Below are positions 52,413 to 62,813 of a stretch of DNA of 64,000 bases, one piece after another (the first letter of the stretch is position 1; each line of letters starts with the position of its first letter). The position numbers and the translations under genes were made by a program. Below the pieces are notes generated by a model, which saw only the letters and a program-made list of their open reading frames with translations, searched no databases and was not told the origin of the DNA. Source of the DNA: a virus (lineage: Duplodnaviria > Caudoviricetes); IMG/VR virus record IMGVR_UViG_3300033420_000004, positions 13,910 to 77,909 of that record; one strand, written 5' to 3'.

Positions 52413-55208
52413 ATGAACGGACTTAATATAGGTCAATTATGGGCTAGTTTGGGGTTGGACACTTCAATGTTCAATAAACAGATAAACCAGGTTAACGGCA
52501 CTCTGACTAAAACTTCTAATAACATGCAGGCAACTGCTGCTAAACTTAGGAGCTTTGGGTGGTTGGCTTCCACTACTATCACCGCACCTATGGTGTTAGC
52601 CACTAAATCAATTGCCACCGCTGGTATGGAGTTCGAGTACTCTATGAAAAAAATGATAGGGTTAGCCGGAGTTGCTAGCGGTGAAATATCGGGATTGAGT
52701 AAAGTGGTTAAAGAGTTAGCAGTGTCCACAGGAGTTGGACCACAGGAGTTAGCCGAGACTTTGTATTTCATAGAATCCTCTGGTTTGAAAGGAGCCCGAG
52801 CGTTGGAGGCCTTAGATATGGCTGCAAAAGGTTCTGCTGCAGGTATGGGAGAGGCTAAAGACTTGGCCAACCTATTAACGGGAGCTATGAATGCTTATGA
52901 AACGGAAGGACTAACTGCAGCTAGAGTTATGGACGTGTTGACCGCCTCTATACGAGAAGGTAAAGCAGAACCAGCTGCAATGGTAACCGCTTTTGGTACT
53001 ATCCTCCCCATAGCTCAGGAATTAGGGGTAAGTATTGAGGAGGTCGGGGGAGCTTTGGCGGTTATGACTTTGACAACTTCTTCCACGGCAAATTCAGCTA
53101 CTTATTTACGTAATATATTATTTAAAATATTAAACCCTATTGATGAAGTTAAAGATGCTTTTATAGGCATGAAAACCTCTGTAGAAGAGGTTCAGGTAAT
53201 GTTAAGGGAAAAGGGATTTGATGTTACTATGAAGTATCTGGATGAACTTACGCGGAAATATGGCAAGACCATGGCTGATATATTCCCGGAGATGAGAGCT
53301 TTGTCGGGTGCTTTAAACTATACAGGACAAGCCGCAGAGAAAACAGCAGGTATAATGGGAGAGGTTGATAAGTCCACGGGAGATTTTGGTAGGAACTATG
53401 AGGAGATGGCTAAGACTTGGAAAAAGGAATGGGATAGGTCTGTATCCTCTATTAAAGTATCTGCTATTGATTTAGGAACTGCTGTATTACCATACTTAAC
53501 CAAAATGTTTGATGTTGTGGCGGGGGCTTTAAAAAGAGTCACCGATTCTTTTATGTCGTTAAGTCCTGAAATGCAAAAACTAATATTAGGATTTGCTGCG
53601 TTTATGGCGGTGCTTGGTCCATTGAGTTTACTAGTTAGTACCACTATGTATATTTTTATAGGTTTAATACCTGTTGTTAATTTATTGGGCGCAGCTATTA
53701 TAGGACTGGCTAACGCTATGTTATTTTTAGAAGCTAACCCATTGGTACTATTAGCTACAACATTGGCACTAGTAGCTTTAATAACATATTTGTCAATTTG
53801 TAATGTATTGGTAGGCGAATTAACTGATGTAGAAAAAGCCCATGCTGCTATTTCTGGATTAGTTGCGGATGGGTATGCAAAAGAAGCTGCGGCAGTTAAG
53901 AAGTTACATTGGGAAGCTATGAACAAAGGTTTATCCGATGAAAAGCGATTAAAAGCAATCAAGGAGCTTAATGCCATAATGCCAGAAGCTAATTTTGAAT
54001 TGAGCAAAGAAGGAGAATTGTTATCAACCACTGGGCACGCTTTGGATGATTATCTAAATGCTTTATATGAAAAAATAAGATTAAAGGTCATAGAAGAACA
54101 ACTGACCAAGAAAATGGAAGCTGTGGAAAAAGCAAGACTGGCTACCTTGGAAGCCCAGTATGCTTTTGATTCTCATAAGGGGGGCAGTTTACGTTTACAA
54201 AATGCTTGGGAAGATGCAGCGGCGGCGGAGGTTTTGGCTAGAAAAGAGCTCAAAGGATATATGGATTTATTCAATACTTTCAGCGAAAATCCTTCCAAAG
54301 TACCTGTACTAGGCAGTGGTGACGGCGGCAAAGGTGGTAACGGCGGCAAAGGTGGAGATGGAGGCGGTGAGATTGTCAAGCAGTTGAGTTTGATAGAAGC
54401 AAAAGAGCTAGAAATAGCAGAGCTTCAAAAAGTAATAGAAAAAGAAAGAAACAGGGACGCTTTAGTAGGACATAATTACCGTCTGAGTTTATTACAGGAT
54501 GAGTTAAAGGCACTAAACACAGGACTGATAGAAATAAAAACTGACAATTTTGATGATACTGATTACACGGAACAAATAGAGAAAGACACGGAAGCTAATT
54601 TTGGTGGGTCAACTGCTAGTCCTATTAATTATGAAGCAGTACAAGCCCTACCAGATGTGATGAACAACCCAGGAATGGATAAATTTGTAGAATGGTTGGC
54701 TCAAGCTAAGACAGGGGCAGATGATCTTTATGTAGCTATGTACCGTGTGGGTGAACAAATTGGAAGGTCACTACAAAGTGGTGCCGAGAGTTGGGCGGAA
54801 TACGGGGCTGCAGTCAAAGATGCTGCTAGACAATTTATCACTGCTGAAATAGCTAAGTCTGTAGCAGCAGCGATTACTACTGCCTTGGTTGCAGCGGGGA
54901 GCCTTGGTCCAGTGGGACTAGCACTAATTCCTGTTCTAGTAGGGCTGGCTTTAGGGGCCGCCAATACAGCCATCAATCAAATACCTGCTTTAGCTAGTGG
55001 GGGACTTGCATACGGGGATACTTTAGCTCAAGTTGGGGAATATCCTGGTGCAAGTAGTAATCCTGAGGTTATAGCCCCTCTAAACAAGTTGAAAAGCATA
55101 TTAGGAGATAGCGGCGGTGTTGGCGGCGGTGAGGTTACGTTTAGGATAGACGGGATGGAACTTGTAGGTGTTTTGAATAAAGTGAACAGAAAGCAAAAAA
55201 TAACCTAA
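52413..55208 (+). CDS. tape measure protein
   Basis: 931 aa, Ala-rich helical, TP901-like N-terminal repeats, hydrophobic middle, PALASGGLAYG...GE...PEVIAPL C-terminus. Confidence 0.95.
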   Translation: MNGLNIGQLWASLGLDTSMFNKQINQVNGTLTKTSNNMQATAAKLRSFGWLASTTITAPMVLATKSIATAGMEFEYSMKKMIGLAGVASGEISGLSKVVKELAVSTGVGPQELAETLYFIESSGLKGARALEALDMAAKGSAAGMGEAKDLANLLTGAMNAYETEGLTAARVMDVLTASIREGKAEPAAMVTAFGTILPIAQELGVSIEEVGGALAVMTLTTSSTANSATYLRNILFKILNPIDEVKDAFIGMKTSVEEVQVMLREKGFDVTMKYLDELTRKYGKTMADIFPEMRALSGALNYTGQAAEKTAGIMGEVDKSTGDFGRNYEEMAKTWKKEWDRSVSSIKVSAIDLGTAVLPYLTKMFDVVAGALKRVTDSFMSLSPEMQKLILGFAAFMAVLGPLSLLVSTTMYIFIGLIPVVNLLGAAIIGLANAMLFLEANPLVLLATTLALVALITYLSICNVLVGELTDVEKAHAAISGLVADGYAKEAAAVKKLHWEAMNKGLSDEKRLKAIKELNAIMPEANFELSKEGELLSTTGHALDDYLNALYEKIRLKVIEEQLTKKMEAVEKARLATLEAQYAFDSHKGGSLRLQNAWEDAAAAEVLARKELKGYMDLFNTFSENPSKVPVLGSGDGGKGGNGGKGGDGGGEIVKQLSLIEAKELEIAELQKVIEKERNRDALVGHNYRLSLLQDELKALNTGLIEIKTDNFDDTDYTEQIEKDTEANFGGSTASPINYEAVQALPDVMNNPGMDKFVEWLAQAKTGADDLYVAMYRVGEQIGRSLQSGAESWAEYGAAVKDAARQFITAEIAKSVAAAITTALVAAGSLGPVGLALIPVLVGLALGAANTAINQIPALASGGLAYGDTLAQVGEYPGASSNPEVIAPLNKLKSILGDSGGVGGGEVTFRIDGMELVGVLNKVNRKQKIT

Positions 55209-55209
55209 A

Positions 55210-57210
55210 ATGGCATACGGAACTATTTATACAACCCAATTTTATGACTACTATCAAAACCTAGTAGTTGTTAGCATACAGAAAAATGGATATGCTGGTG
55301 GTTCTACAGCATTAAAATCTACTGAATTGGTTTTACGATACTCCAATGCAGATTTCTTTGACCCTATTATATCCCTGTCGGCAGATTTAAACATAGTAAA
55401 TAACTTTGACGACTTTGATACTTTATCAGACTTATTAAAGAATCATGAAAAACAATATAAAGCCCTTATAACTCGTGGCGGTACTTTGGTGTTTGAAGGA
55501 TTTATGGTATGCGATGTAACGGAACAACAATTATATAAAAACGGAATAATTTCCATTACTTTCACCGACTATTTGAAACGGTTATCCGATACCGAGTTTG
55601 TGGGGGTGGAACTAGGGGTTGAATACACGCTGCTAGAATTGTTACAGATGGCTTTAGCTTTTACAGGTTTAAGCTATCCTATATACATCAATTGTAGATT
55701 GTTCCCTTGGAAGGGGTGGGGTTCTACTATCATGTCTACTAATACCCCTGGACATACTTTATTTGAGCAGGTTACGGCGGATGCCGATATTTTTTATTCC
55801 TCGGTAGACAAACCCATAAGCCCCTATGAAGTTCTGGAAAGTATTCTAAAAACATTCCATTGCAGGATATACGCTTATCAAGGAGCTTGGTACATAGAAA
55901 GATACCCCGAGTTGTTAGATAGCTCTACAGGTTGGACTTTATTTGCAGCAGGTTCTTCAACTCCAGGACTTATTTCCAATTTGCGTCAGTCTTATACTAA
56001 ACAATCCACTCACTTTAAATATACCAACCTAACTCAGGTAAGGTCTTACATATCAGGATTAAAGACGTTTGAGATAGAATTAGAAGACACTGAGTATGAT
56101 TCTCAGGTATATAATAATTGGCCTGCAACCTTAGCCTCGGATTTAGTGCCTTACAATTTTGATTCTTCTACTATTCAGCTTCGTAAATGGTATGCCGAGA
56201 ATGGTTGTGCTTTTCCGTATAATGCTAAAACTGGGTATTATGATATTGATAAAGCTATGTGTTTTATCAGTTATACCGAGAATTATGGTATTTATCATAA
56301 ATTTAAGGTATCATGGAATTCAGCAGCTGTAAGCGGTGATATACCTACCAATATACAAGTATCTTGGAAATATAAAGTGGAAGATTCCATTGCTGCGTAT
56401 GATGAGTATATTATTTATGGTAGGTATTTTTTAATGGTGGCTAAAAATGACGTTCATTTAGTTGATAAATTTATAGAACCTTCAGGAGACACTTACACAT
56501 ATTCCACTGTTTATCCAGTAAATGGTTCCACTAGGATTTTTGAAATAGAGGTATATAAGAAGGATGTTAAAAATAAAACCATAGAATTTACTCATAGCAT
56601 AGACTTAACAGATGCTGTAGTGAATCGTAGAGGGGATTTGACTCAGGAATTTGTATTGGTTATACTTCCTATTGGATATAAAGTTGCAACAGCACCAGAT
56701 GACGCTATCGATAATTTTAAGTATATCGGTACTTCTGGTCCAACTTGGGTAGGGGATTTTGTAGTTAAGGTAAATGGAGAACTTCAGGATAATAACATAC
56801 AAGCAACTATAGTGGATGATTTTGTTAAAAAACAACCTTTATCACTAGTATTATTTGATACCCACAATCTGAACCTAAAAAATGGATTGTATATAGATGG
56901 TGATAGAACTAGATATTGGCAAGATGATTTAGCGTTTGATCCTAGTGAACCAGCTTATACCGTACATGACTTAGTTTATTTTTTGATTAGGTCTGTTACT
57001 CGGTATTCTAGCAAGACCAGATCAAAATTAACAGCTTCTATACTCACTAATATTATGATGCGCCCTTTGTGTACTCTATATGATACGGATATAAAGGAAA
57101 GTGGCAGCAATGTTCCTTTTATACTCAATAATTACTCCTTTGATTTAGTGTCGTGTATAAGTTCTATATCAGCAGATGAATACGGACAAGAACCAATTAT
57201 AATAGACTAA
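55210..57210 (+). CDS. tail tip (distal tail / hub) protein
   Basis: 666 aa immediately after the TMP. Confidence 0.6.
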   Translation: MAYGTIYTTQFYDYYQNLVVVSIQKNGYAGGSTALKSTELVLRYSNADFFDPIISLSADLNIVNNFDDFDTLSDLLKNHEKQYKALITRGGTLVFEGFMVCDVTEQQLYKNGIISITFTDYLKRLSDTEFVGVELGVEYTLLELLQMALAFTGLSYPIYINCRLFPWKGWGSTIMSTNTPGHTLFEQVTADADIFYSSVDKPISPYEVLESILKTFHCRIYAYQGAWYIERYPELLDSSTGWTLFAAGSSTPGLISNLRQSYTKQSTHFKYTNLTQVRSYISGLKTFEIELEDTEYDSQVYNNWPATLASDLVPYNFDSSTIQLRKWYAENGCAFPYNAKTGYYDIDKAMCFISYTENYGIYHKFKVSWNSAAVSGDIPTNIQVSWKYKVEDSIAAYDEYIIYGRYFLMVAKNDVHLVDKFIEPSGDTYTYSTVYPVNGSTRIFEIEVYKKDVKNKTIEFTHSIDLTDAVVNRRGDLTQEFVLVILPIGYKVATAPDDAIDNFKYIGTSGPTWVGDFVVKVNGELQDNNIQATIVDDFVKKQPLSLVLFDTHNLNLKNGLYIDGDRTRYWQDDLAFDPSEPAYTVHDLVYFLIRSVTRYSSKTRSKLTASILTNIMMRPLCTLYDTDIKESGSNVPFILNNYSFDLVSCISSISADEYGQEPIIID

Positions 57211-57214
57211 AAAT

Positions 57215-60200
57215 ATGGCAACTACAGTAACTCTAACAAAAAGATATGTACCTAAAACTTATGTACCAGGCTCGTTTAGTGGTGTTAGTGGGACTTCTGG
57301 AGGCTCTTCCACTAGCACCCCTACTGATTTAACAGTGTATGCCCCTAAAGCTAGTCCTATATTCACGGGAGAAGTAAACGCCACGGGCGTCAGTGACTCT
57401 TGGGGAGTTTATGGTACAGGTGGTTATAACACTATAATGGGTACAGGTGGAAGTGCAACTTGGTTAATAAAAGGTACCAGCGGTGGTGTTCATAGAGGTG
57501 GTATTCAATTACTGGACGGTGGTGCAGATCTTAGAATATATGCCTCAACTCATTTTTTAGGCGTTGATGCGACAGGTATATTTCATAGTAATGGTGAAGG
57601 TTATCTTGCACCTAAAGTAAGTCCTACATTTACAGGCACGGTTACATCCACAACATTAAATATTTCAAATACAACTGGATATTTACTTAGAGAAAATTCA
57701 GGAAGTGGTTATGGAATATATAAAGGAGCAACTGATAGGATTGGGATTGCTGCCAATGGCTCGGAATATTTAACAGTTTTAAGTGATGGTAAGGTAGGCA
57801 TTGGAACTACTACACCAACAGCAACACTTGATTTACAACACGCTACACTACCACAAATAGATTTTCATACAGGTATAAATAAAAGGGCAGATATTCGTGC
57901 TTCAAGTACTGCATTATTTCTTAATTCAATAACAGGAAATGATATACAGTTTCAAACTGATGATAACACAAGAATGTCAATTCGTAATGATGGTAATGTA
58001 GGTATTGGTACAACAGCACCTGCAAGTCAATTAGAAGTACACGGAAATGGTGCAGCTACAAATACTTCAATAAGACTTTCAAATAGTAATTACAATACCA
58101 ATTACAATACTGTACTAGGTATGACAAATGGAGCACAGGGCAGGTTACAATTTGGAAATAATGATGATAATGAAATAAGATTTGGAGCAACTAATGTAGG
58201 TGGCTATGGTTCATTTTATACCAATAACACTGCTGCTTGGGATGCAGCTACAAATGGTACTTTAGCAATGCGACTTTTGAATACTGGCAATGTGTATTTT
58301 CCAGGTAGTGTAGGTATTGGAACAAATGACCCAGAAGATATTAAATTAGACGTCCTTGGTGATACAAGGTTACTGACAACATCATATCTATCAGGCTTTA
58401 ACGGCAATGGAATGCAACTTGTAAAGAGTGGTAGCAATTATGACTTGGAACTAGATAATTTAATAGTAAGAAAGGCAATGACCGTTTATGAACTAATCAT
58501 CAAAAAGATTAGGGCAATAGGTGGTAGTTTTTGGGTAAGTTCTGCACATAAGATTAAAACAGTATCTTATGTCAATCCAACCTATACAGTTTTAATTGAT
58601 AGGGATGGGAGTAATATAGCTGTTGAATTTGCTGTAAATGATATATTAAGATGTCAAGCATTTAATGGAAGAGGTGTAAAATACTATTCCGCTATTGTCA
58701 CAAGTCTTGTAACTGATGGTTTTACAATGATTAAAACCGATGGTTCAGGAACTCCTGAAATCGGGGATGATTTAGTAAAGGTTGGTAATAGTACAGATGC
58801 GGCAAGACAGAGTTCTATTTACATGACTACAAGCGATAGCAATGCTCCTTTTATAGATGTTATGAACGGGGTCAATTCTTACTCTTTTACCAGCAGTAAC
58901 GTAAAAGTAAGATTAGGATTGCTTACAGGTATAACTGATGCTGAGTATGGAGCATTAAGCGGTTACGGATTATACGCCGACAATGTATTCTTAAAAGGTA
59001 AGATCACAGCAACTAGCGGTGCTATCGGTGGTTGGACATTAACGTCTAACGCATTAACTGCTGGTAGTGGAGCAACAACAGTTGGCTTGAGTTCTGCTGT
59101 TACAGGAGGTGATGACGTTAGAATATATGCAGGAAGCTCTACTCCAACATCAGCTCCTTTTAGAGTAACTGAAACAGGAGTATTAACAGCAACTAGTGGT
59201 ACTATTGGTGGGTTTACTTTAAGTTCAACTAAATTAAGTGCTGGATCAGTAGCAACTACAATATCACTAGATACCGCCAATGGAATTCATTTAGGTGCTA
59301 CTGCTTTTGCTTCAGCACCATTTAGGGTTACTCTAGCAGGAGCACTAACAGCTACGAATGCAACTATTACAGGTAGTGTTACAGCTACAAGTGGTACTAT
59401 CGGTGGTTGGACTATTCAATCTACTTATATTGCTAAAGACACAGGAACAGCGGCAACCAGTTCAGGAATGGCTCCAACAGATTATCCATTTTACGCAGGG
59501 CAAACTTATGCTAACCGAGCAACTGCCCCTTTCCGAGTCACTCCCGCAGGAACAGCTATTGCTTCAAAATTTATAACTTCTTATATTATAGGAAGTGATA
59601 TTATAGGTAGAATAGATTTGCAATACAGTACTAGTTCTGCTACTTATGTTAAGTTACAGCAAATGACATTAGGGGCGGATATACAAGGAACAAAGACATT
59701 AAGAATTACTTTTCATTTAAGAAGCTCAGGAGCAAACAACACCTATGCAAGAATATATAGGAACGGGGTTGCTGTAGGTACAGAAAGAAACAGTCCAAAT
59801 GCTACTGGTAGTATGTTTACTGAAGATATATCTGGTTGGGCAGCAGGGGATTTAATTCAGGTTTATGCTCATGGTACTAGTGGTACAAATACTGCCTACG
59901 TAAAAGAATTCAGGTTGAGAGGTTCTCACTTTGATTTTACCAATGAAGTATCTACAACATTAGAACCTAATATACAAGTAAAGGCAACCCAATTTTTATA
60001 TGTAGACCATGATAGACCACAACCTCTTGCTCAGTTAGATGATGATTCTGCAACTTTGCAGGTATATCTAAATGGATCTGCCTCCACTATTTATTTGCCA
60101 CTGACTCCAACACTAGGTAGAACATTTATTATTTCTAATATAAGTGCTGTCAACTTAACCGTATCTATAGCAACGGGTTCGGGGGATTCTATTTTTTATG

Positions 60201-60298
60201 CTGGTAGTAGTGTATCCACTGTAGTATATGGGCAACATAGGTGCATGACCTTAATTTACATTGGTAGTAATTTTTGGGTAGTATCATCATTTACTTAG
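57215..60298 (+). CDS. tail fibre / receptor-binding protein
   Basis: 1027 aa; three G.VGIGT repeats, three TATSG.IGG.T and three APFRVT repeats; Thr/Ser/Gly-rich. Confidence 0.85.
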   Translation: MATTVTLTKRYVPKTYVPGSFSGVSGTSGGSSTSTPTDLTVYAPKASPIFTGEVNATGVSDSWGVYGTGGYNTIMGTGGSATWLIKGTSGGVHRGGIQLLDGGADLRIYASTHFLGVDATGIFHSNGEGYLAPKVSPTFTGTVTSTTLNISNTTGYLLRENSGSGYGIYKGATDRIGIAANGSEYLTVLSDGKVGIGTTTPTATLDLQHATLPQIDFHTGINKRADIRASSTALFLNSITGNDIQFQTDDNTRMSIRNDGNVGIGTTAPASQLEVHGNGAATNTSIRLSNSNYNTNYNTVLGMTNGAQGRLQFGNNDDNEIRFGATNVGGYGSFYTNNTAAWDAATNGTLAMRLLNTGNVYFPGSVGIGTNDPEDIKLDVLGDTRLLTTSYLSGFNGNGMQLVKSGSNYDLELDNLIVRKAMTVYELIIKKIRAIGGSFWVSSAHKIKTVSYVNPTYTVLIDRDGSNIAVEFAVNDILRCQAFNGRGVKYYSAIVTSLVTDGFTMIKTDGSGTPEIGDDLVKVGNSTDAARQSSIYMTTSDSNAPFIDVMNGVNSYSFTSSNVKVRLGLLTGITDAEYGALSGYGLYADNVFLKGKITATSGAIGGWTLTSNALTAGSGATTVGLSSAVTGGDDVRIYAGSSTPTSAPFRVTETGVLTATSGTIGGFTLSSTKLSAGSVATTISLDTANGIHLGATAFASAPFRVTLAGALTATNATITGSVTATSGTIGGWTIQSTYIAKDTGTAATSSGMAPTDYPFYAGQTYANRATAPFRVTPAGTAIASKFITSYIIGSDIIGRIDLQYSTSSATYVKLQQMTLGADIQGTKTLRITFHLRSSGANNTYARIYRNGVAVGTERNSPNATGSMFTEDISGWAAGDLIQVYAHGTSGTNTAYVKEFRLRGSHFDFTNEVSTTLEPNIQVKATQFLYVDHDRPQPLAQLDDDSATLQVYLNGSASTIYLPLTPTLGRTFIISNISAVNLTVSIATGSGDSIFYAGSSVSTVVYGQHRCMTLIYIGSNFWVVSSFT

Positions 60299-60355
60299 TA
60301 TTAAAAAAATTTAATTATATTTACCTTTTTAATTATTAACCAAATAAATTTAATC

Positions 60356-60601
60356 ATGAATTACATTGTAAAAGAAATGGACAATTCCGCTGAGATGCGA
60401 CCTGTCCAACCAGAAAAAAAGTATGAACTGTTAAGTACTGAAACAGTTAAAGACGTTAATAACAAAGACGTTACTATTCCAAAGAGCCTTGGATGGTTCT
60501 CGGTTACTAGCCTTGAACTAGAAAAAACCCGTCTCACAGAAATGATTGCTGAGATTGATGCTAAATTAAGTGCTATAAGTGCTCAGGCAACTAACGTCTA
60601 A
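60356..60601 (+). CDS. hypothetical protein
   Basis: 81 aa with a C-terminal coiled coil. Confidence 0.65.
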   Translation: MNYIVKEMDNSAEMRPVQPEKKYELLSTETVKDVNNKDVTIPKSLGWFSVTSLELEKTRLTEMIAEIDAKLSAISAQATNV

Positions 60602-60619
60602 CTTTTAAAAAATATAAAA

Positions 60620-60958
60620 ATGACTGAAATTAAATTATCCGTACTTGATAGAGCTGTATTCAATGAACTACTTCCTAAAAATGGGAAAATAGTAGAAATG
60701 TTGATGGCTAAAAACCTTACATCCTTGGTTGAGTTTACCGCTAAAGAAATAGAAGCATTTGGAATAAAGGATGCTCAGAATGGTGGTATAAATTGGGATA
60801 AAACGAAAATAAAAGACGTTAGCTTTAACTTTGAAAATTCTGAAATTGAATTTTTGAAAAAAGGAGCAGACCTTCTTGATTCAGGTGGACAGGTAACTGC
60901 ATACACTCTGGAACTGGTATTAAAAGTACAAAATGCTAAACCAATCCAAACAAAGTAG
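60620..60958 (+). CDS. hypothetical protein (possible fibre chaperone)
   Basis: 112-aa ORF after the fibre genes. Confidence 0.65.
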   Translation: MTEIKLSVLDRAVFNELLPKNGKIVEMLMAKNLTSLVEFTAKEIEAFGIKDAQNGGINWDKTKIKDVSFNFENSEIEFLKKGADLLDSGGQVTAYTLELVLKVQNAKPIQTK

Positions 60959-60969
60959 AGTAAGAAATA

Positions 60970-61572
60970 ATGGAAAAGATATTCCTAATTGACTCAGGTC
61001 ATGGCGGGTTTATAAATGGGGCGTATCAAACCGCCCCTGCAAAGATGTTTACCCATAAGGACGGCACTATTGCGTATGAGGGGGCTTTGAATAGGCAGAT
61101 TAAAAACTATGTACTTCGATTACTAGTTCAGTATAAACTGAAGTTCATTGATGTCTGTCCTACTGACTTAGACATACCCCTATCTGTTCGTACCAATATT
61201 ATCAATTCCTACTGTTCTCACTATGGCAAAGAAAACTGTTTACTCATTGACTTACATTCAAATGCAGGAGGGGGAAGAGGTTTTGAAATCTGGACAAGTC
61301 CTGGACAAGATGGAAGTGACCCTTACGCAACGAGATTTTATGACATGTTCGCTGCAAAGTTTCCTACCACCGCAATGCGTGCTGATAAGTGTGACCAAGA
61401 CCCAGACAAAGAATCGAAGTTCTGGATGTTAGTACAATCTAAGTGTCCAGCGATATTGCCTGAATGGTTATTCTTTGATACTTATGAGGACTGGGTAATT
61501 ATGCGAGACCCTATCAATCAGATGAATTACGCACAAATGATAGCGGATTTTTGTAACCAAGTAAAACTATAA
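60970..61572 (+). CDS. endolysin, N-acetylmuramoyl-L-alanine amidase (Amidase_3)
   Basis: LIDSGHGG, YE, LSVR, LIDLHSNA, GFEIW and AILPE zinc/catalytic pattern. Confidence 0.92.
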   Translation: MEKIFLIDSGHGGFINGAYQTAPAKMFTHKDGTIAYEGALNRQIKNYVLRLLVQYKLKFIDVCPTDLDIPLSVRTNIINSYCSHYGKENCLLIDLHSNAGGGRGFEIWTSPGQDGSDPYATRFYDMFAAKFPTTAMRADKCDQDPDKESKFWMLVQSKCPAILPEWLFFDTYEDWVIMRDPINQMNYAQMIADFCNQVKL

Positions 61573-61577
61573 ACATT

Positions 61578-61865
61578 ATGGAACTTTATTTAGCAGTATT
61601 ATTCGGAGTGGTTATTTACGCCACCTTACAATGGAATGAAACCTCCAAAACAAAAGATTTCAACTGGGTGCGGAATATGATAATCCCATCATGGCTTTCA
61701 ATTCTAACTGGCTGTGCCTTGGTATGGTCGAGGGAGGATTTGGTCACTATTTATCCTATAACAAAGATCACTGCCTTACTAGCAGGAGTTTCAGGTCAAG
61801 CGGTATGGAAGAAAATAGTGGGAGTATTTGATAAAAAAATAGATACCGTAGTGGGTATCAACTAA
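61578..61865 (+). CDS. putative holin
   Basis: 95 aa with 2-3 hydrophobic segments directly after the endolysin. Confidence 0.6.
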   Translation: MELYLAVLFGVVIYATLQWNETSKTKDFNWVRNMIIPSWLSILTGCALVWSREDLVTIYPITKITALLAGVSGQAVWKKIVGVFDKKIDTVVGIN

Positions 61866-61868
61866 GCC

Positions 61869-62567
61869 ATGAAAGAAATCAAGTGGATATTAGCGGCGTT
61901 GAGCGTATTGGGCATTGTTTTCCTTTTAGGGGTTAACAATTGTTCCCGTAAAAAATACGCTGAACAGCAGGTAGTCGTTGCTGAGCTTACTCTTGCTAAG
62001 GATAATTTAGCTAGTCAGGTAAAGCTCAGGGATGCTCTTATCAAGGCGAAGGATGTTAAAATAAGTATTGTTGAAGGCAATTTAAAGCTCTCGGAAATAG
62101 AGAAGGAAAAACTAAACTCTCAATTTACCAATTTGAAGGGGCAATACGACAATTTAGCTTCGAGCTTGGATAATATACCGCCCGACAGTAGTTATTCGAT
62201 TCTTACACGTTTTGTTTACGTTTTCGAGGGGGTTAATCGGTATCCCTTTAACGCTTCTCAGGTAAAGGCTATTCATTTAACCTATTTACAGAAACTTCAG
62301 TTGGGTAAAATTAATAGCAATCTACTCGGGCAGGTTGAGAATTGTGAATCTAGGATAGTAAAAAAGGATAGTATTTTGACGTTAAAGAATGATAAAATAA
62401 CATACTTAAATCAAAATATTAATTCTCTGGACAGTATTATAAACAATGATACAGTTCTGCTCGATCTAAAGGATAAGCAATACAAGAAGGAAAAACGAAA
62501 GAAGGGGTTTTGGCGGTTGACTGCCATTATAGTTACTGGGGTAGTCATAGGGGCTAGCATACGGTAA
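61869..62567 (+). CDS. putative spanin
   Basis: N-terminal signal ending in Cys (LGVNNC), long coiled coil, basic stretch and C-terminal TM; last gene of the lysis cassette. Confidence 0.55.
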   Translation: MKEIKWILAALSVLGIVFLLGVNNCSRKKYAEQQVVVAELTLAKDNLASQVKLRDALIKAKDVKISIVEGNLKLSEIEKEKLNSQFTNLKGQYDNLASSLDNIPPDSSYSILTRFVYVFEGVNRYPFNASQVKAIHLTYLQKLQLGKINSNLLGQVENCESRIVKKDSILTLKNDKITYLNQNINSLDSIINNDTVLLDLKDKQYKKEKRKKGFWRLTAIIVTGVVIGASIR

Positions 62568-62571
62568 AAAC

Positions 62572-62599
62572 AAAGGGGCTTTAATTTAGCCCCTTTTTT
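62572..62599. terminator. bidirectional rho-independent terminator
   Basis: AAAGGGGCT/AGCCCCTTT stem with T and A runs at the convergence of the two transcription directions. Confidence 0.8.
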
Positions 62600-62600
62600 A

Positions 62601-62813
62601 TTATTGCACCGGCATTAAGAATACATGAAAGACAAGAGTAACTTGTATTATATAAGTACCAATATACTTTCCCTTAAAATCATCTTGAATAGGATGACCA
62701 GTCCCAAAAATCCTAATAACATGCTGAATTTGCTGCTTATCTGGATTTACTTTGGCATAAAGGCAGGGGGTTCCATTTTTAACTATTACTGTTAAAATCT
62801 CTGCTCCAAATTG
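62601..62813 (-). pseudogene. start-less reading frame resembling a small conserved phage protein
   Basis: QFGAEILTVIVKNGTPCLYAKV...IFGTGHP...YIGTY...LVFHVFLMPVQ*; in-frame TAA immediately upstream and no start codon. Confidence 0.4.

Noticed and set aside
54319-54368. Tandem 18-bp repeat in the TMP (GDGGKGGNGGKGGDGG)
   Set aside because: An ordinary Gly-rich linker; two copies only.
57215-60298. Diversity-generating retroelement targeting the fibre
   Set aside because: No reverse transcriptase and no TR/VR pair with adenine-specific differences were seen.
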